Source: an uncultured Actinomycetota bacterium (GTDB taxonomy: Bacteria; Actinomycetota; Actinomycetes; Mycobacteriales; Mycobacteriaceae). From it: a stretch of DNA of 64,000 nucleotides. The stretch is taken from the NCBI GenBank assembly GCA_963757215.1, contig CAVWQH010000001.1, forward strand, positions 26,977-90,976, in the 5' to 3' direction. Made by a program: the position numbers and the translations under genes. The notes below the pieces were generated by a model. That model saw nothing but the letters and a program-made list of their open reading frames with translations. It did no database searches and was not told the origin of the DNA. Shown here piece after piece: positions 1-8,924 of the stretch; position 1 is the stretch's first letter; each line of letters opens with the position of its first letter.

Positions 1-1
1 A

Positions 2-1198
2 ACCGCGCCTCACACCGACTTCGACCCGTTCTCGGCCGAAGTCATGCACGACCCGTATCCCGGCTACCAGTCGTTGTTGAACGGCGACGACGTTCCCGGA
101 GTCTGGTACAACCGTAAACGCGGTATCTGGATCATCGCGGGCTACGACGATGTCCGAAAGGCGTTGCGCGACAACGAAGAACTGTCGTCAGCCCAAAGCC
201 AGAGCCGATTCCGGGTCTACCTGCCGTCGATGAACGCGGCCGACCCGCCCGCCCACACCCGACTGCGCAAGTTCGTCTCCCGCGCTTTCACCGCACGGGC
301 CATGGCGGCCTGGCAGACGAACATCAACGAGGTCGCCGACGAACTCGTCGACACGGTGATCGCCCAGCGCTACACCGAAGCCGTCAACGGCCTCGCCAAA
401 CCGCTGCCGACCCGGTTGATCGCCAGGATGCTCGCAATCCCCCAGCAGGACCAACCGCAATTCGTGGCGTGGTCAGACGACATGGTGGCGGGCGCCTTTG
501 CGCCACTGACCCCGCACGGCATGCGACTCTCCGCGCGCTCAGGGAGCGCCACCGCGGCGATGCGCCGCAGCCTCGACCCGCTGATCGCGCAGCGGCGTCT
601 CAATCCCGGCGACGACCTGATCTCGATGATGACGCCCGCCGATGCCGACGACGTGCTCACCGACGACGAGATCTTCTGGAGCGCCGCGATGTTGATCGGC
701 GCGGGCAGCGAGACGACGACAAACATGTTGTCGGGCTTGCTGTTGACGCTGGCTCAGCGGCCCGAGTTGTACGCCCGGCTGCGTGCGCACCCGGAGCTCA
801 TTCCGGCGGCCGTCGAAGAGCAGCTGCGGATGGGCTCTCCGGTTCAGGGCTTTTACCGCACCGCGACGTGCGACTACACGGTGGGGGCCAACACGATTCC
901 GGCCGGCGCGCGAGTGCTGCTGCTCTTTGCAGCTGCCAACCGCGACCCGCGCCACTACCCTGACCCGGATACCTTCGACCTCGACCGCAATCCAACCGAC
1001 CATCTCGCGTTCGGCGGCGGCGTCCACTATTGCCTGGGTGTGCCGCTGACCCGGTTGGAGGGTGCCCGGGTGTTCTCACAGCTGCTACCCAGGGTCGAAG
1101 AGATTCGACTGGCCGGACAGTACCGCTATCTCGACAACCCGACAATGCGTGGGCTGGAACATCTTCCGCTCGAATTGGTCCCCGCCAAGGGAGCATGA
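2..1198 (+). CDS. cytochrome P450 (5' end cut by window edge)
   Basis: ORF 44..1198 stays open in frame back to base 2 (TAPHTDFDPFSAEV upstream of the listed Met). It has the I-helix AGSETT, ExxR (EEQLR) and the heme-thiolate loop FGGGVHYCLG. Confidence 0.9.
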   Translation, partial: TAPHTDFDPFSAEVMHDPYPGYQSLLNGDDVPGVWYNRKRGIWIIAGYDDVRKALRDNEELSSAQSQSRFRVYLPSMNAADPPAHTRLRKFVSRAFTARAMAAWQTNINEVADELVDTVIAQRYTEAVNGLAKPLPTRLIARMLAIPQQDQPQFVAWSDDMVAGAFAPLTPHGMRLSARSGSATAAMRRSLDPLIAQRRLNPGDDLISMMTPADADDVLTDDEIFWSAAMLIGAGSETTTNMLSGLLLTLAQRPELYARLRAHPELIPAAVEEQLRMGSPVQGFYRTATCDYTVGANTIPAGARVLLLFAAANRDPRHYPDPDTFDLDRNPTDHLAFGGGVHYCLGVPLTRLEGARVFSQLLPRVEEIRLAGQYRYLDNPTMRGLEHLPLELVPAKGA

Positions 1199-1208
1199 CG
1201 CACGCGGC

Positions 1209-1994
1209 TCACAGCGCGCGGCTAACCAGCCAGGTGTCGATGCGTTCAGCGACGGTGGCCCAGCCGGGTTCGAGCATCATGTTGTGTCCCATGTCGGGGA
1301 AGAACTCGGCCCTAGTGCCGTAGGCGCGTGCCGTAGCCAAGATTTCCCTACGGGTGTGTGCGCCGTCCTCGTCGGCGCCGAGCACCAAGATCGGCGCTCT
1401 CACGCGCTTGGGTCGCGGCAGTCGCAGCAGCAGGCAGTCGATGCCGATGCGCGAACTGTCTTCTTGCAGCCGGGCCGCGTACTTGCGGACGTCGGCTTCC
1501 GGCGTGTGCGAGGAGAAGAACCGCTCCCGCGCCAGCTCTGGCGGATTGATGTAGGGCAGTGCCTTGCCGGTAACCGTCATTCTGACGAAATCTGACGGAC
1601 GTTCCCGTATCCACCGCAGCGCGTTGCCGAGGTTTCCCTGCGGCGGGATGGACGTCATCAGCACGCCGGCCGGGGCGTCATAGCGCTCCAGGTACTTCTG
1701 CACGATCAGGCCGCCCATGGAGTGGCCGATGATCACCGGGGGGCTGCACAGATGCTCAGCGACCGAACGGACGTCTTCCACGTAGTCGGCCACCGAGCAC
1801 GCCCGAAGCGGCTTGTCCGTCGGGCTTTCACCGTGGCCGCGAAAGCTCAAAGCCACTGCGCGATAACCCTGGTCGGCGAAATAGCTGAGGAAGTTCTCGT
1901 CCCAACACCAGGCGGCATGCCAGGCCCCGTGGACGAAGAGCAGCGGGACGGGATGCGCCTCGCTGACACTGCCCTTCTCGATCACCTCTAGCAC
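1209..1994 (-). CDS. alpha/beta-fold hydrolase
   Basis: 261-aa ORF with HG oxyanion region (LLFVHGAWH) and nucleophile elbow GHSMGG. Confidence 0.8.
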   Translation of the reverse strand: MLEVIEKGSVSEAHPVPLLFVHGAWHAAWCWDENFLSYFADQGYRAVALSFRGHGESPTDKPLRACSVADYVEDVRSVAEHLCSPPVIIGHSMGGLIVQKYLERYDAPAGVLMTSIPPQGNLGNALRWIRERPSDFVRMTVTGKALPYINPPELARERFFSSHTPEADVRKYAARLQEDSSRIGIDCLLLRLPRPKRVRAPILVLGADEDGAHTRREILATARAYGTRAEFFPDMGHNMMLEPGWATVAERIDTWLVSRAL

Positions 1995-2073
1995 CGAGAT
2001 AGCTTATCCGTCCGCTTCAGCGGAACTGTCAAGTGTCCAATAATCCGTATATCGGCACGTCTTCGCCGTGTCG

Positions 2074-2913
2074 TCAATCGAGATTCTTTCGAGCACGCCG
2101 CGCAAGCAGTGGCAGCAGTTGCTCGTGGGGCGCAAAGCGACAGCACGCCGCGACCAGGCGGTTCATCCGACCGGGAACCACCCGGCACTTGCCGGCATCC
2201 AGTCCGTCGATCGCGGCGCGGGCGACCTGATCGGCGGATTTCCACATGAAGCCGGGCAAGGTGGCGGCACGCTCCCCGGCGTCGAACCCGGCCACATCGT
2301 CGAACCCGGTGTCGACCGGTCCGGGACACAACGCGCTTGCCACGACTCCGGTTCCGCTCAACTCGCTGCGCAGACTTTCGGTGTAGGACAACACGAATGC
2401 CTTCGCCGCGCCGTACGCCGCATGCCCGGGCAGCGGGTAGAACCCGGCCAGCGAAGACACGTTCAGCACCGCACCGCTGCCCCGCTCAACCATGCCCGGC
2501 AGGAACCGGCTGCACAGGTCCACCACGGCGGCAACATCGACCTCGACGACGTTGAGTTGTTGCTCCGGAATCGATTTCGCGACCGGAGCACGCTTCGCCA
2601 GGCCGGCGTTGTTGATCAGGATGTTCGGTGTGACGCCCAACGCGGCGACGCGTCCCGGAAGCGCGGCGCGATCTTCGCGACTCGACAGGTCGGCGGTCAG
2701 GACATGCGCCTTGATACTCAGTCCGTCGGCGAGCGCCTGGAGGCGGTCCGTCCGCCGGGCGACCAGCACCAGCTGATGACCACGGCGCGCCAACTCGAGT
2801 GCGATGGCCTTGCCAATGCCCGACGATGCGCCGGTGACGATTGCCACTCGGTCTTCTGCGGGCGCCGGTAGGACCACGCGGACAGACCTTACCCGCGTTA
2901 CTGAGTGCGGCAA
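2074..2913 (-). CDS. short-chain dehydrogenase/reductase (SDR); start codon uncertain
   Basis: Rossmann motif TGASSGIGKA, NNAG, and catalytic YGAAK (YxxxK). The true start may lie a few codons inside the listed ORF. Confidence 0.85.
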   Translation of the reverse strand: MPHSVTRVRSVRVVLPAPAEDRVAIVTGASSGIGKAIALELARRGHQLVLVARRTDRLQALADGLSIKAHVLTADLSSREDRAALPGRVAALGVTPNILINNAGLAKRAPVAKSIPEQQLNVVEVDVAAVVDLCSRFLPGMVERGSGAVLNVSSLAGFYPLPGHAAYGAAKAFVLSYTESLRSELSGTGVVASALCPGPVDTGFDDVAGFDAGERAATLPGFMWKSADQVARAAIDGLDAGKCRVVPGRMNRLVAACCRFAPHEQLLPLLARRARKNLD

Positions 2914-3012
2914 CGCGAATCGACACCACGGCCCGTTCCAATTCGCACCCCTGAGAACGTCTCAGGAAGGTGGGAAAGGTAGTACGTTGTAGGCGGACCG
3001 GGGGGATCATTT

Positions 3013-4266
3013 GTGAATCGGGGTTCGATGGCGTCGTGGAAAGCCCGTGGGCTTGGTTTTGGATTGTTGGCGGGCGTATCGATGCTCAATGCGGCGCCGG
3101 CGTTTGCGGAACCCACACCTGATCCGACCGATTACACCGCGCTGATTCTGGGGCATGCGTTCCTGTCGCAGCCGGACGCCACGTACATGCAGGAAGTGAT
3201 TGACACCTACGTCACTCCGCAGTACACCGTCGTCGGCGACCCGGTCAGCGTGTACACGCCGGAAACGGATTACGCGTCGGGTCTCACCCAGGGGATCACC
3301 GACCTGGACAACCAGCTCCAACCGCTACTCGCGGCGAACCCTGACGCCCACCTCGTCATCGCCGGCTACTCGATGAGCACGGCGATCCAGACCCAGGAGA
3401 TGATCAACCTCGCCAACACAGTCGGGGGCGCTCCAGACACCAGCGGTCTGAAATTCGTGCTGGCCGAAGATCTGCAAAACCCCAACGGCGGATATTTCAC
3501 CCGATTCCCGGATATGTTCGCCGCGACCCTGCCGGCCACTCCGGCTGATACCCCCTACGACACCACCATCTACACCATCGAATACAGCGGGGCGTCCGAC
3601 TTCCCGCAGTATTACGGGAACCTCTACGCGGACATGAACGCGGCCAACGGCTACGTTGACCTGCACCCCTACCTGTTGCCAGGCTGGCCGGCCTATTTCG
3701 ACCCGTCGACGGTCGCTAATGCGGTGCAGGAGAACGTATCTGAGAGCTACAAGGGCAACACCGACTATTACCTCATCCCGACGCAGAACCTGCCGATGCT
3801 CGACGGGCTGCACGCGATCGGCGGGAACTCGTCGTTCGTCGACATGATGCAGCCCGATATGCGGGTGCTGGTCGACTTGGGTTACAACTGGACCGGCAAC
3901 GCGGACGTCACCACAGCCGCTACGTTGTCCAATCCCGACATCGATTTCACCGCGGTCAACGACTACCTGGAAGCCGGCGCCAACCAGGGGATGCTCGCCA
4001 GTCTTGTCGACCTCGGGTTGCTGCCGCAGTCGGATTTGGCGGATATCGCGAACCTCTACCCCTACGTGCCCGATGTCTCGGGGCTGATGGATGGCGCTCT
4101 GAGCAACAACGATGCGGCGGCACTAGATGCGTCAATGTCGGCGACCGCGCTGACCGACGCGTTGTCAACGTCGACGAACCCGCTGATCGCGGAATTCGGT
4201 CAGTTCATTCCCGCCATGACAGCGAATTTGGCCGACTACTTCCAAAGCCTGGCAAGCGGTCTCTGA
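3013..4266 (+). CDS. secreted PE-PPE-domain (cutinase-like, Chp-type) serine hydrolase/acyltransferase
   Basis: N-terminal signal peptide (GLLAGVSMLNAAPAFA/EP). The central region reads like the PE-PPE C-terminal hydrolase domain, with HLVIAGYSMSTAIQ as the GxSxG-like nucleophile elbow (last Gly is Ser). It has an acidic Ser/Ala/Leu-rich C-terminal tail. Confidence 0.7.
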   Translation: MNRGSMASWKARGLGFGLLAGVSMLNAAPAFAEPTPDPTDYTALILGHAFLSQPDATYMQEVIDTYVTPQYTVVGDPVSVYTPETDYASGLTQGITDLDNQLQPLLAANPDAHLVIAGYSMSTAIQTQEMINLANTVGGAPDTSGLKFVLAEDLQNPNGGYFTRFPDMFAATLPATPADTPYDTTIYTIEYSGASDFPQYYGNLYADMNAANGYVDLHPYLLPGWPAYFDPSTVANAVQENVSESYKGNTDYYLIPTQNLPMLDGLHAIGGNSSFVDMMQPDMRVLVDLGYNWTGNADVTTAATLSNPDIDFTAVNDYLEAGANQGMLASLVDLGLLPQSDLADIANLYPYVPDVSGLMDGALSNNDAAALDASMSATALTDALSTSTNPLIAEFGQFIPAMTANLADYFQSLASGL

Positions 4267-4310
4267 CACCTCATCCCGGCGCGGGCGGCGCCGGTTGATA
4301 CCGTCGCCTG

Positions 4311-5138
4311 ATGAATTCCAGCCCGGTTGCGCTGATCACCGGCGCGACGAGCGGTATCGGCGAGGCGACCGCCTACCGGTTGCAGAAGCAGGGCTACACG
4401 GTGTTTGCGGCGGGCCGCAATCCGGAAGCGCTGGATACCTTGCGGGCCAACGGCTTGCAGGCACGCTCGCTCGATGTCACCGACGAAGCCGCGGTCGCTC
4501 ACCTCGTTGACGAGATCAACGCCGACTACGGCGGTGTCGACGTACTCGTCAACAGCGCCGGTTATCCGCTCCCCCGCCCGCTCGAGCAGGTCGAGCTGAG
4601 CGAACTGCGGCACCTGTTCGACACCAATGTGGTTGCCACACTTCAGTTGTCGCAGGCTGTGCTGCCGGGTATGCGTGCACGTGGCCACGGCCGGATCATC
4701 ACGATCGGCAGCACCGGTGGACGCTTCACCAGCCCCGGCGCCGGCGCCTACCACACCGTGAAGTACGCGGTCGAGGCGTTGTCGTTGTCGTTGGGCGCCG
4801 AGGTGGCGCAGTTCGGTGTCCGAGTCGTGTTGATCGACCCCACTGGTGTGCGAACGCCGTTCGTGGCCAAGCAATTCGAGGACGTGCACTCCTACCCCGA
4901 TGACGACCCCTACGGTCGCTTCAAGGTTCGCTACTCAGAGACGACCCGCCGGCTGGCCAGCACGCCCGGTGCGACGGTCGACGCCGACACGGTGGCCCGC
5001 GCGGTGGTGCGGGTGGTCAAGACCCGAAACCCCAAGCCCCGCTACATCGTCGGCGCCTCGGGGAAAGCCTCCGTGTGGGCCCGAGCGCTGCTGAGCGATC
5101 GGATGTGGGACCGCGTGATGACGACGGGGTTGCGCTAG
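4311..5138 (+). CDS. short-chain dehydrogenase/reductase (SDR)
   Basis: TGATSGIGEA Rossmann motif, NSAG, and YHTVK (YxxxK). Confidence 0.9.
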   Translation: MNSSPVALITGATSGIGEATAYRLQKQGYTVFAAGRNPEALDTLRANGLQARSLDVTDEAAVAHLVDEINADYGGVDVLVNSAGYPLPRPLEQVELSELRHLFDTNVVATLQLSQAVLPGMRARGHGRIITIGSTGGRFTSPGAGAYHTVKYAVEALSLSLGAEVAQFGVRVVLIDPTGVRTPFVAKQFEDVHSYPDDDPYGRFKVRYSETTRRLASTPGATVDADTVARAVVRVVKTRNPKPRYIVGASGKASVWARALLSDRMWDRVMTTGLR

Positions 5139-5158
5139 CGGCGGCCGCGCAGGTCCGC

Positions 5159-6907
5159 CTAGAACATGCTCGGTACCAAAGTGGCCATGTCCGTGGCCAA
5201 TTGGGGACCGAAGTCCGCGGCGAATTGCGTGCTGAACTCGGCGAGCAACTGACTCAGCGCATCCGAGCCCACACCGGTGCCGAGGCCGGCCAGCAGTGAG
5301 CTCAGGTCCGTAGAGAGAGCGCTCGGATCGAAGCCGCCCAGAACCGAGCTCAGATCCGCAGCGACACCGGTGGGATCGACCGATCCGGCCGCCGTCGAGG
5401 CCGCGCCTTCGCCGAGCAGTGAAGCGAGCGCCGACGAGTCGCCCGGGAAGGAGAAGTCGGTGAACAGAGTCTGCAGGTCGGTCGCCAGGGTGGGGTCTGT
5501 GTTACCGGTGAAGCTGTCTTGGAAGAACTTCGCCAAGTCGTCCCCGACCAGCAGGTAGTTGTACCCGCCATATTCGCCGACGAGCTGACCCGACGAGTTG
5601 AGCAGGTCCGGATTCGTGGGATCCGACAAGTACGCCAGGTAGTTCGGGTCGGTCAGAATGCCCGCGTTGGTGTACAGCGCCGGCAGCTCGGGGTTGATGT
5701 TGCCCAGCGCGGTGTCGACCTGAGCGAGTTCGGTCGGGCTGAAGTTGTACGACCCCGTTTGCAAAAGCGCTACCGCGTCGTTGATTTGGGGAATCGTCGC
5801 GTTGTTCTGGGCGGCGAAATCGCCGACGTAGGCAGCCAGCGACGTGTTGGACGGATCCAACGCCAGAACGTCTTTCAGCAGATCCACTTGCGTTGTGCCC
5901 GCCGGGATGTCGCACAGTGCCGGGCAGGCCGGGCTTCCCGCAACGAAGGGGTCGAACGCGACAATCGAACCTGCAGTGAGGTTTTGGAGCGATTGGCCGA
6001 TGTCCGTCAGGCTCGGAAGATCGATACCGGTGCCGCTGATACCACCGGTCGGGGCTTGGAACAGGCTGTTGTAGAAGTTCTCGAACGGCCCAAACAGGTT
6101 GAGCTTGAACGTGTCTCCGGCCCACGGCATGTATTCACCGGTACCGGTGCCGTTGATGCCGGTGGTGCCGTCGAAGCCCAAGGACCCGGTCACCCCGGGA
6201 GCGTTAGGTCCCACGCCGGGGCTCGGGTCGATCAGCCCCGGGTCGGTCGCCGGGGTGAAGGTGAAGTTGCCGCTGGTCAGGTTCGACAGCGGCACCTGCA
6301 ACCAGTTGGAGAACAGCGAGAACGGCGCACCGTTCGCGTCGGTGCCGTGCCCGCTGAGTGCCTCGAGGAAGCCGATGTCCCGGTCCAGACCGGTGTTGCC
6401 GGTGATGACCTCCGGCGGCGTCATCGGCGCGCAGGCTTCCGCGTCGCAAGAGGCGCTGGTGGGAAGTTCGGCCGCGGCCAGCAATCCGATCTGCTGAGCC
6501 AGGCCGGCCGTGCCGTTCGCATCAGCGATCGGGTTGATCTCGGCTTGGCCGAGCCCGGAGATCTGCGGCGCGAACGGAAGCAACGTGTCGAGAATGCCCA
6601 TGTAGTGGCCCAGGTCGCCGGGGTCGGTGCCCCAGATGTTCGTGGCGCTGGGCACCCACCAGTCCCCGCTGAACAGCAGCGAGTTTCCGAGGACGTCGAT
6701 GCCCGCGAACTCGTTGTAGGGAATGTTGACGACGTCGTCGAACAGGTTGATCGGCACGTTGAGGATGTCACTGGCATCGACCAGACGCGTGTCGACCTTC
6801 CGGACGGGAATGTGCGAGGCTTTCGGCGCGGCCGGGGACAGCACGACAGCACTGGTCGCTGCCACTGCGGCGGCAGCTAGGACGTACGCGCGCGAAGCGG
6901 CCTGCAC
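5159..6907 (-). CDS. exported acidic protein, uncharacterised paralog family, copy A
   Basis: Long minus-strand ORF. I place the start at GTG 6907 (VQAASRAYVLAAAAV), which aligns with the N-termini of the four paralogs and follows an AGGGGGG RBS. It has a hydrophobic N-terminal signal/anchor and shares the family motifs: NIPYNE, GDWWVPS, WGTDPGD, SCDAEACAPMTPP, MPWAGD..KLNLFGPFENFYNSL, GSPACPALCDIP, ALLQTGSYNF, INPELPALYTNAGI.TDPNYL and YGGYN. Confidence 0.8.
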   Translation of the reverse strand: MQAASRAYVLAAAAVAATSAVVLSPAAPKASHIPVRKVDTRLVDASDILNVPINLFDDVVNIPYNEFAGIDVLGNSLLFSGDWWVPSATNIWGTDPGDLGHYMGILDTLLPFAPQISGLGQAEINPIADANGTAGLAQQIGLLAAAELPTSASCDAEACAPMTPPEVITGNTGLDRDIGFLEALSGHGTDANGAPFSLFSNWLQVPLSNLTSGNFTFTPATDPGLIDPSPGVGPNAPGVTGSLGFDGTTGINGTGTGEYMPWAGDTFKLNLFGPFENFYNSLFQAPTGGISGTGIDLPSLTDIGQSLQNLTAGSIVAFDPFVAGSPACPALCDIPAGTTQVDLLKDVLALDPSNTSLAAYVGDFAAQNNATIPQINDAVALLQTGSYNFSPTELAQVDTALGNINPELPALYTNAGILTDPNYLAYLSDPTNPDLLNSSGQLVGEYGGYNYLLVGDDLAKFFQDSFTGNTDPTLATDLQTLFTDFSFPGDSSALASLLGEGAASTAAGSVDPTGVAADLSSVLGGFDPSALSTDLSSLLAGLGTGVGSDALSQLLAEFSTQFAADFGPQLATDMATLVPSMF

Positions 6908-7144
6908 GGCGGCCCCCCCTTCACAGACTTCGGCTCGGTGCCCGCTGAACATACAGTGAAAGGAAGTTGAGATTCCAAGCCACCCATAGGTGTGGCCTGT
7001 GGATCGGTTGAGAAATCGTCAGCCTGGCAGGTGCCGGGGAGAATGCTGTGTGTTTGGTGTCGATGTCCTGCGGTCGTGCACCCTGCGTCGAATCATGTTG
7101 GGCCGAATTCGACTGGCACGGAACAACTCTTGGTAGTTCGGCGC

Positions 7145-8755
7145 TCAGAACATGCTGAGCACGGACTGCGGCACGAAGGACGCGAGGTCCGCGGTGATCT
7201 GCGCCGAGATCTCCGCGAACGCCGCGGACAGCGCGTCCGCGCCGACCGTGCCGCCCAAGCTCCCCAGCAGGGTGCTCAGGTCAGTCGTGAATTGAGTGAT
7301 CGCAGAACTACCGGCCGCCACATCGGCGGCCGCCCCGAGTGGCGACCCCAGGACGTTCTGCGACGCCGGGTCGAAGAAGTAGTAGAGCGTGTTGATGTTC
7401 AGCAGCGGGGTCAGATCCCACTTGTCGTTGGTGAGCAACGTAAACCAGTCGTTGATCACCAGATTGGAATTCAAGCCGCCGTACACCGGGTCGAGGCTGG
7501 ATGTCGCGCCACTCGCGAACTCCAGGTAGTTGGGGTCGGTCACGATCCCGTCGTTGGTGAACAGATATGGCAGTTCGGGGTTGATCTGGGCCAGCAGGGC
7601 ATCGTAGTTCAGCAGGTTGTCGTACGACAGGTTGAACTGTCCGGTTTGCAGCAGTGCGACGGCAGCCTCCTGCTGGAAGGCGGTCGCGTTGTTGTTGGCG
7701 CCGTCGAGCCAGGCTTGGATCGTGGTGTTGGTCGGATCCCACGCGAGGATGTCCTGCACAAATGCGGTCTGCGTCTCGTCGAACGGTATGTCGCACAGCG
7801 CCGGACAGGCAGGACTGCCCATGACGAACGGGTCGAAGGCAATGACCGATCCGGCGGCGAAGTTCTGGAACGCCTGACCGATCTCGGTGATCGTGGGGAC
7901 CTCGATCGGGTTGCTCGCAGGGTCGGCAAGCAGGCTGTTCCAGAAGTTCTCGAACGGTCCAAGCAGGTTCAGCTTGAAAGTTATGCCGTCCCAAGGCATG
8001 TAGCCCGAGGTGTCCGCGGTGGGATCGGTGGTGCCGAAGAAGCCGTAGCCACTCGGCACTTCCCCGGCAGCGCCGGTACCGGGGCTGGGGTCGACGATGC
8101 CGGTATCGCTGGGACCGAAGGTGTACGTGCCGTTGGCCAGCTCGGAGAACTGAACCTGGAACCAGTTCGAGAAAAGACCGAACGGCTGGTTGTGCGCGTC
8201 GGTGGCCTGGCCGAAAAATGCCTGAAGATAGCCGATGTCCCGGTCGACGCCCGTGCTCCCGGTGATGATGTTCGGTGGCGTCATCGGGTAGCAGGTCTCG
8301 GCGTCGCAGGAAGCGCTGACCGGAAGTTCGGCGGCCGCGAAAAGACCGATCTGTTGAGCCAAGCCCGCCAGGCCGGCCGCATCCGCCGTAGGGTCGATCT
8401 CCGGCTGGTCGAGACCCGATATCGCCGAGAACGGAATCAACACGTCGAGCAGACCCATGTAGTGACCGAGGTCGCCGGGATCGGTTCCCCACAGGTTCAC
8501 CGCGCTGGGAACCCACCAGTCACCGCTGAAGAACAGCGAATTGGACAGCACGTCGAAACCCTGGACCTCGTTGAACGGGATGTTCAAGATGTCGTTGAAC
8601 AGGTTGACCGGGATGTCGGTGTAGTCGACGAGCCGAGTGTCGATGCTGCTGACGGGGAGATGAGGCGTCCGCGCGACGGTCGGCGTAACGATGACGGCAC
8701 TGGTGGCTGCGAGCGCCGCCGCCGCCAGAACGTACCCGCGGTTAGCAGCTTTCAC
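7145..8755 (-). CDS. exported acidic protein, uncharacterised paralog family, copy B
   Basis: GTG start at 8755 preceded by GAAGAGGGGA. It carries the same motif set as copy A. Only 4 Lys/Arg occur after the signal region. It ends in ...SVLSMF. Confidence 0.8.
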   Translation of the reverse strand: MKAANRGYVLAAAALAATSAVIVTPTVARTPHLPVSSIDTRLVDYTDIPVNLFNDILNIPFNEVQGFDVLSNSLFFSGDWWVPSAVNLWGTDPGDLGHYMGLLDVLIPFSAISGLDQPEIDPTADAAGLAGLAQQIGLFAAAELPVSASCDAETCYPMTPPNIITGSTGVDRDIGYLQAFFGQATDAHNQPFGLFSNWFQVQFSELANGTYTFGPSDTGIVDPSPGTGAAGEVPSGYGFFGTTDPTADTSGYMPWDGITFKLNLLGPFENFWNSLLADPASNPIEVPTITEIGQAFQNFAAGSVIAFDPFVMGSPACPALCDIPFDETQTAFVQDILAWDPTNTTIQAWLDGANNNATAFQQEAAVALLQTGQFNLSYDNLLNYDALLAQINPELPYLFTNDGIVTDPNYLEFASGATSSLDPVYGGLNSNLVINDWFTLLTNDKWDLTPLLNINTLYYFFDPASQNVLGSPLGAAADVAAGSSAITQFTTDLSTLLGSLGGTVGADALSAAFAEISAQITADLASFVPQSVLSMF

Positions 8756-8873
8756 GGCAGTCCCCTCTTCTCACCTGCCCCGGATCAGCGCTGAGCCTAA
8801 CTGAACGGAACCTGAGATTCAGGCGAACTGCTGACGCGTGCCCAATAAATTCTCGCCCGGCGGGTGGGGAAGA

Positions 8874-8908
8874 AATCGGACCCCCGGCGGTGGGCTGGGG
8901 GTCCGATT
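8874..8908 (-). terminator. putative intrinsic terminator downstream of paralog copy C
   Basis: Perfect 12-bp inverted repeat aatcggaccccc / gggggtccgatt (8874-8885 and 8897-8908) with an 11-nt loop. On the minus-strand RNA it is followed by UUUCUUCCCC, and it starts 17 nt after the copy C stop. Confidence 0.5.
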
Positions 8909-8924
8909 GCCTGTGGTGTACGGC

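Noticed and set aside
4277-4295. GC hairpin ccggcgc-gggcg-gcgccgg after the PE-PPE hydrolase gene as a terminator
   Set aside because: It is followed by only two T residues, and the next gene starts 16 nt later on the same strand. It may simply be an intercistronic structure.
5519-6880. Long plus-strand ORFs antisense to the paralog array (5519-6880, 6992-8794, 11855-12724, 13378-14271)
   Set aside because: They mirror the reading frames of the minus-strand genes, as expected in high-GC DNA. Their translations are Arg/Gly/Val/Gln-rich low-information strings without motifs, and the opposite-strand genes have five-fold paralog support.
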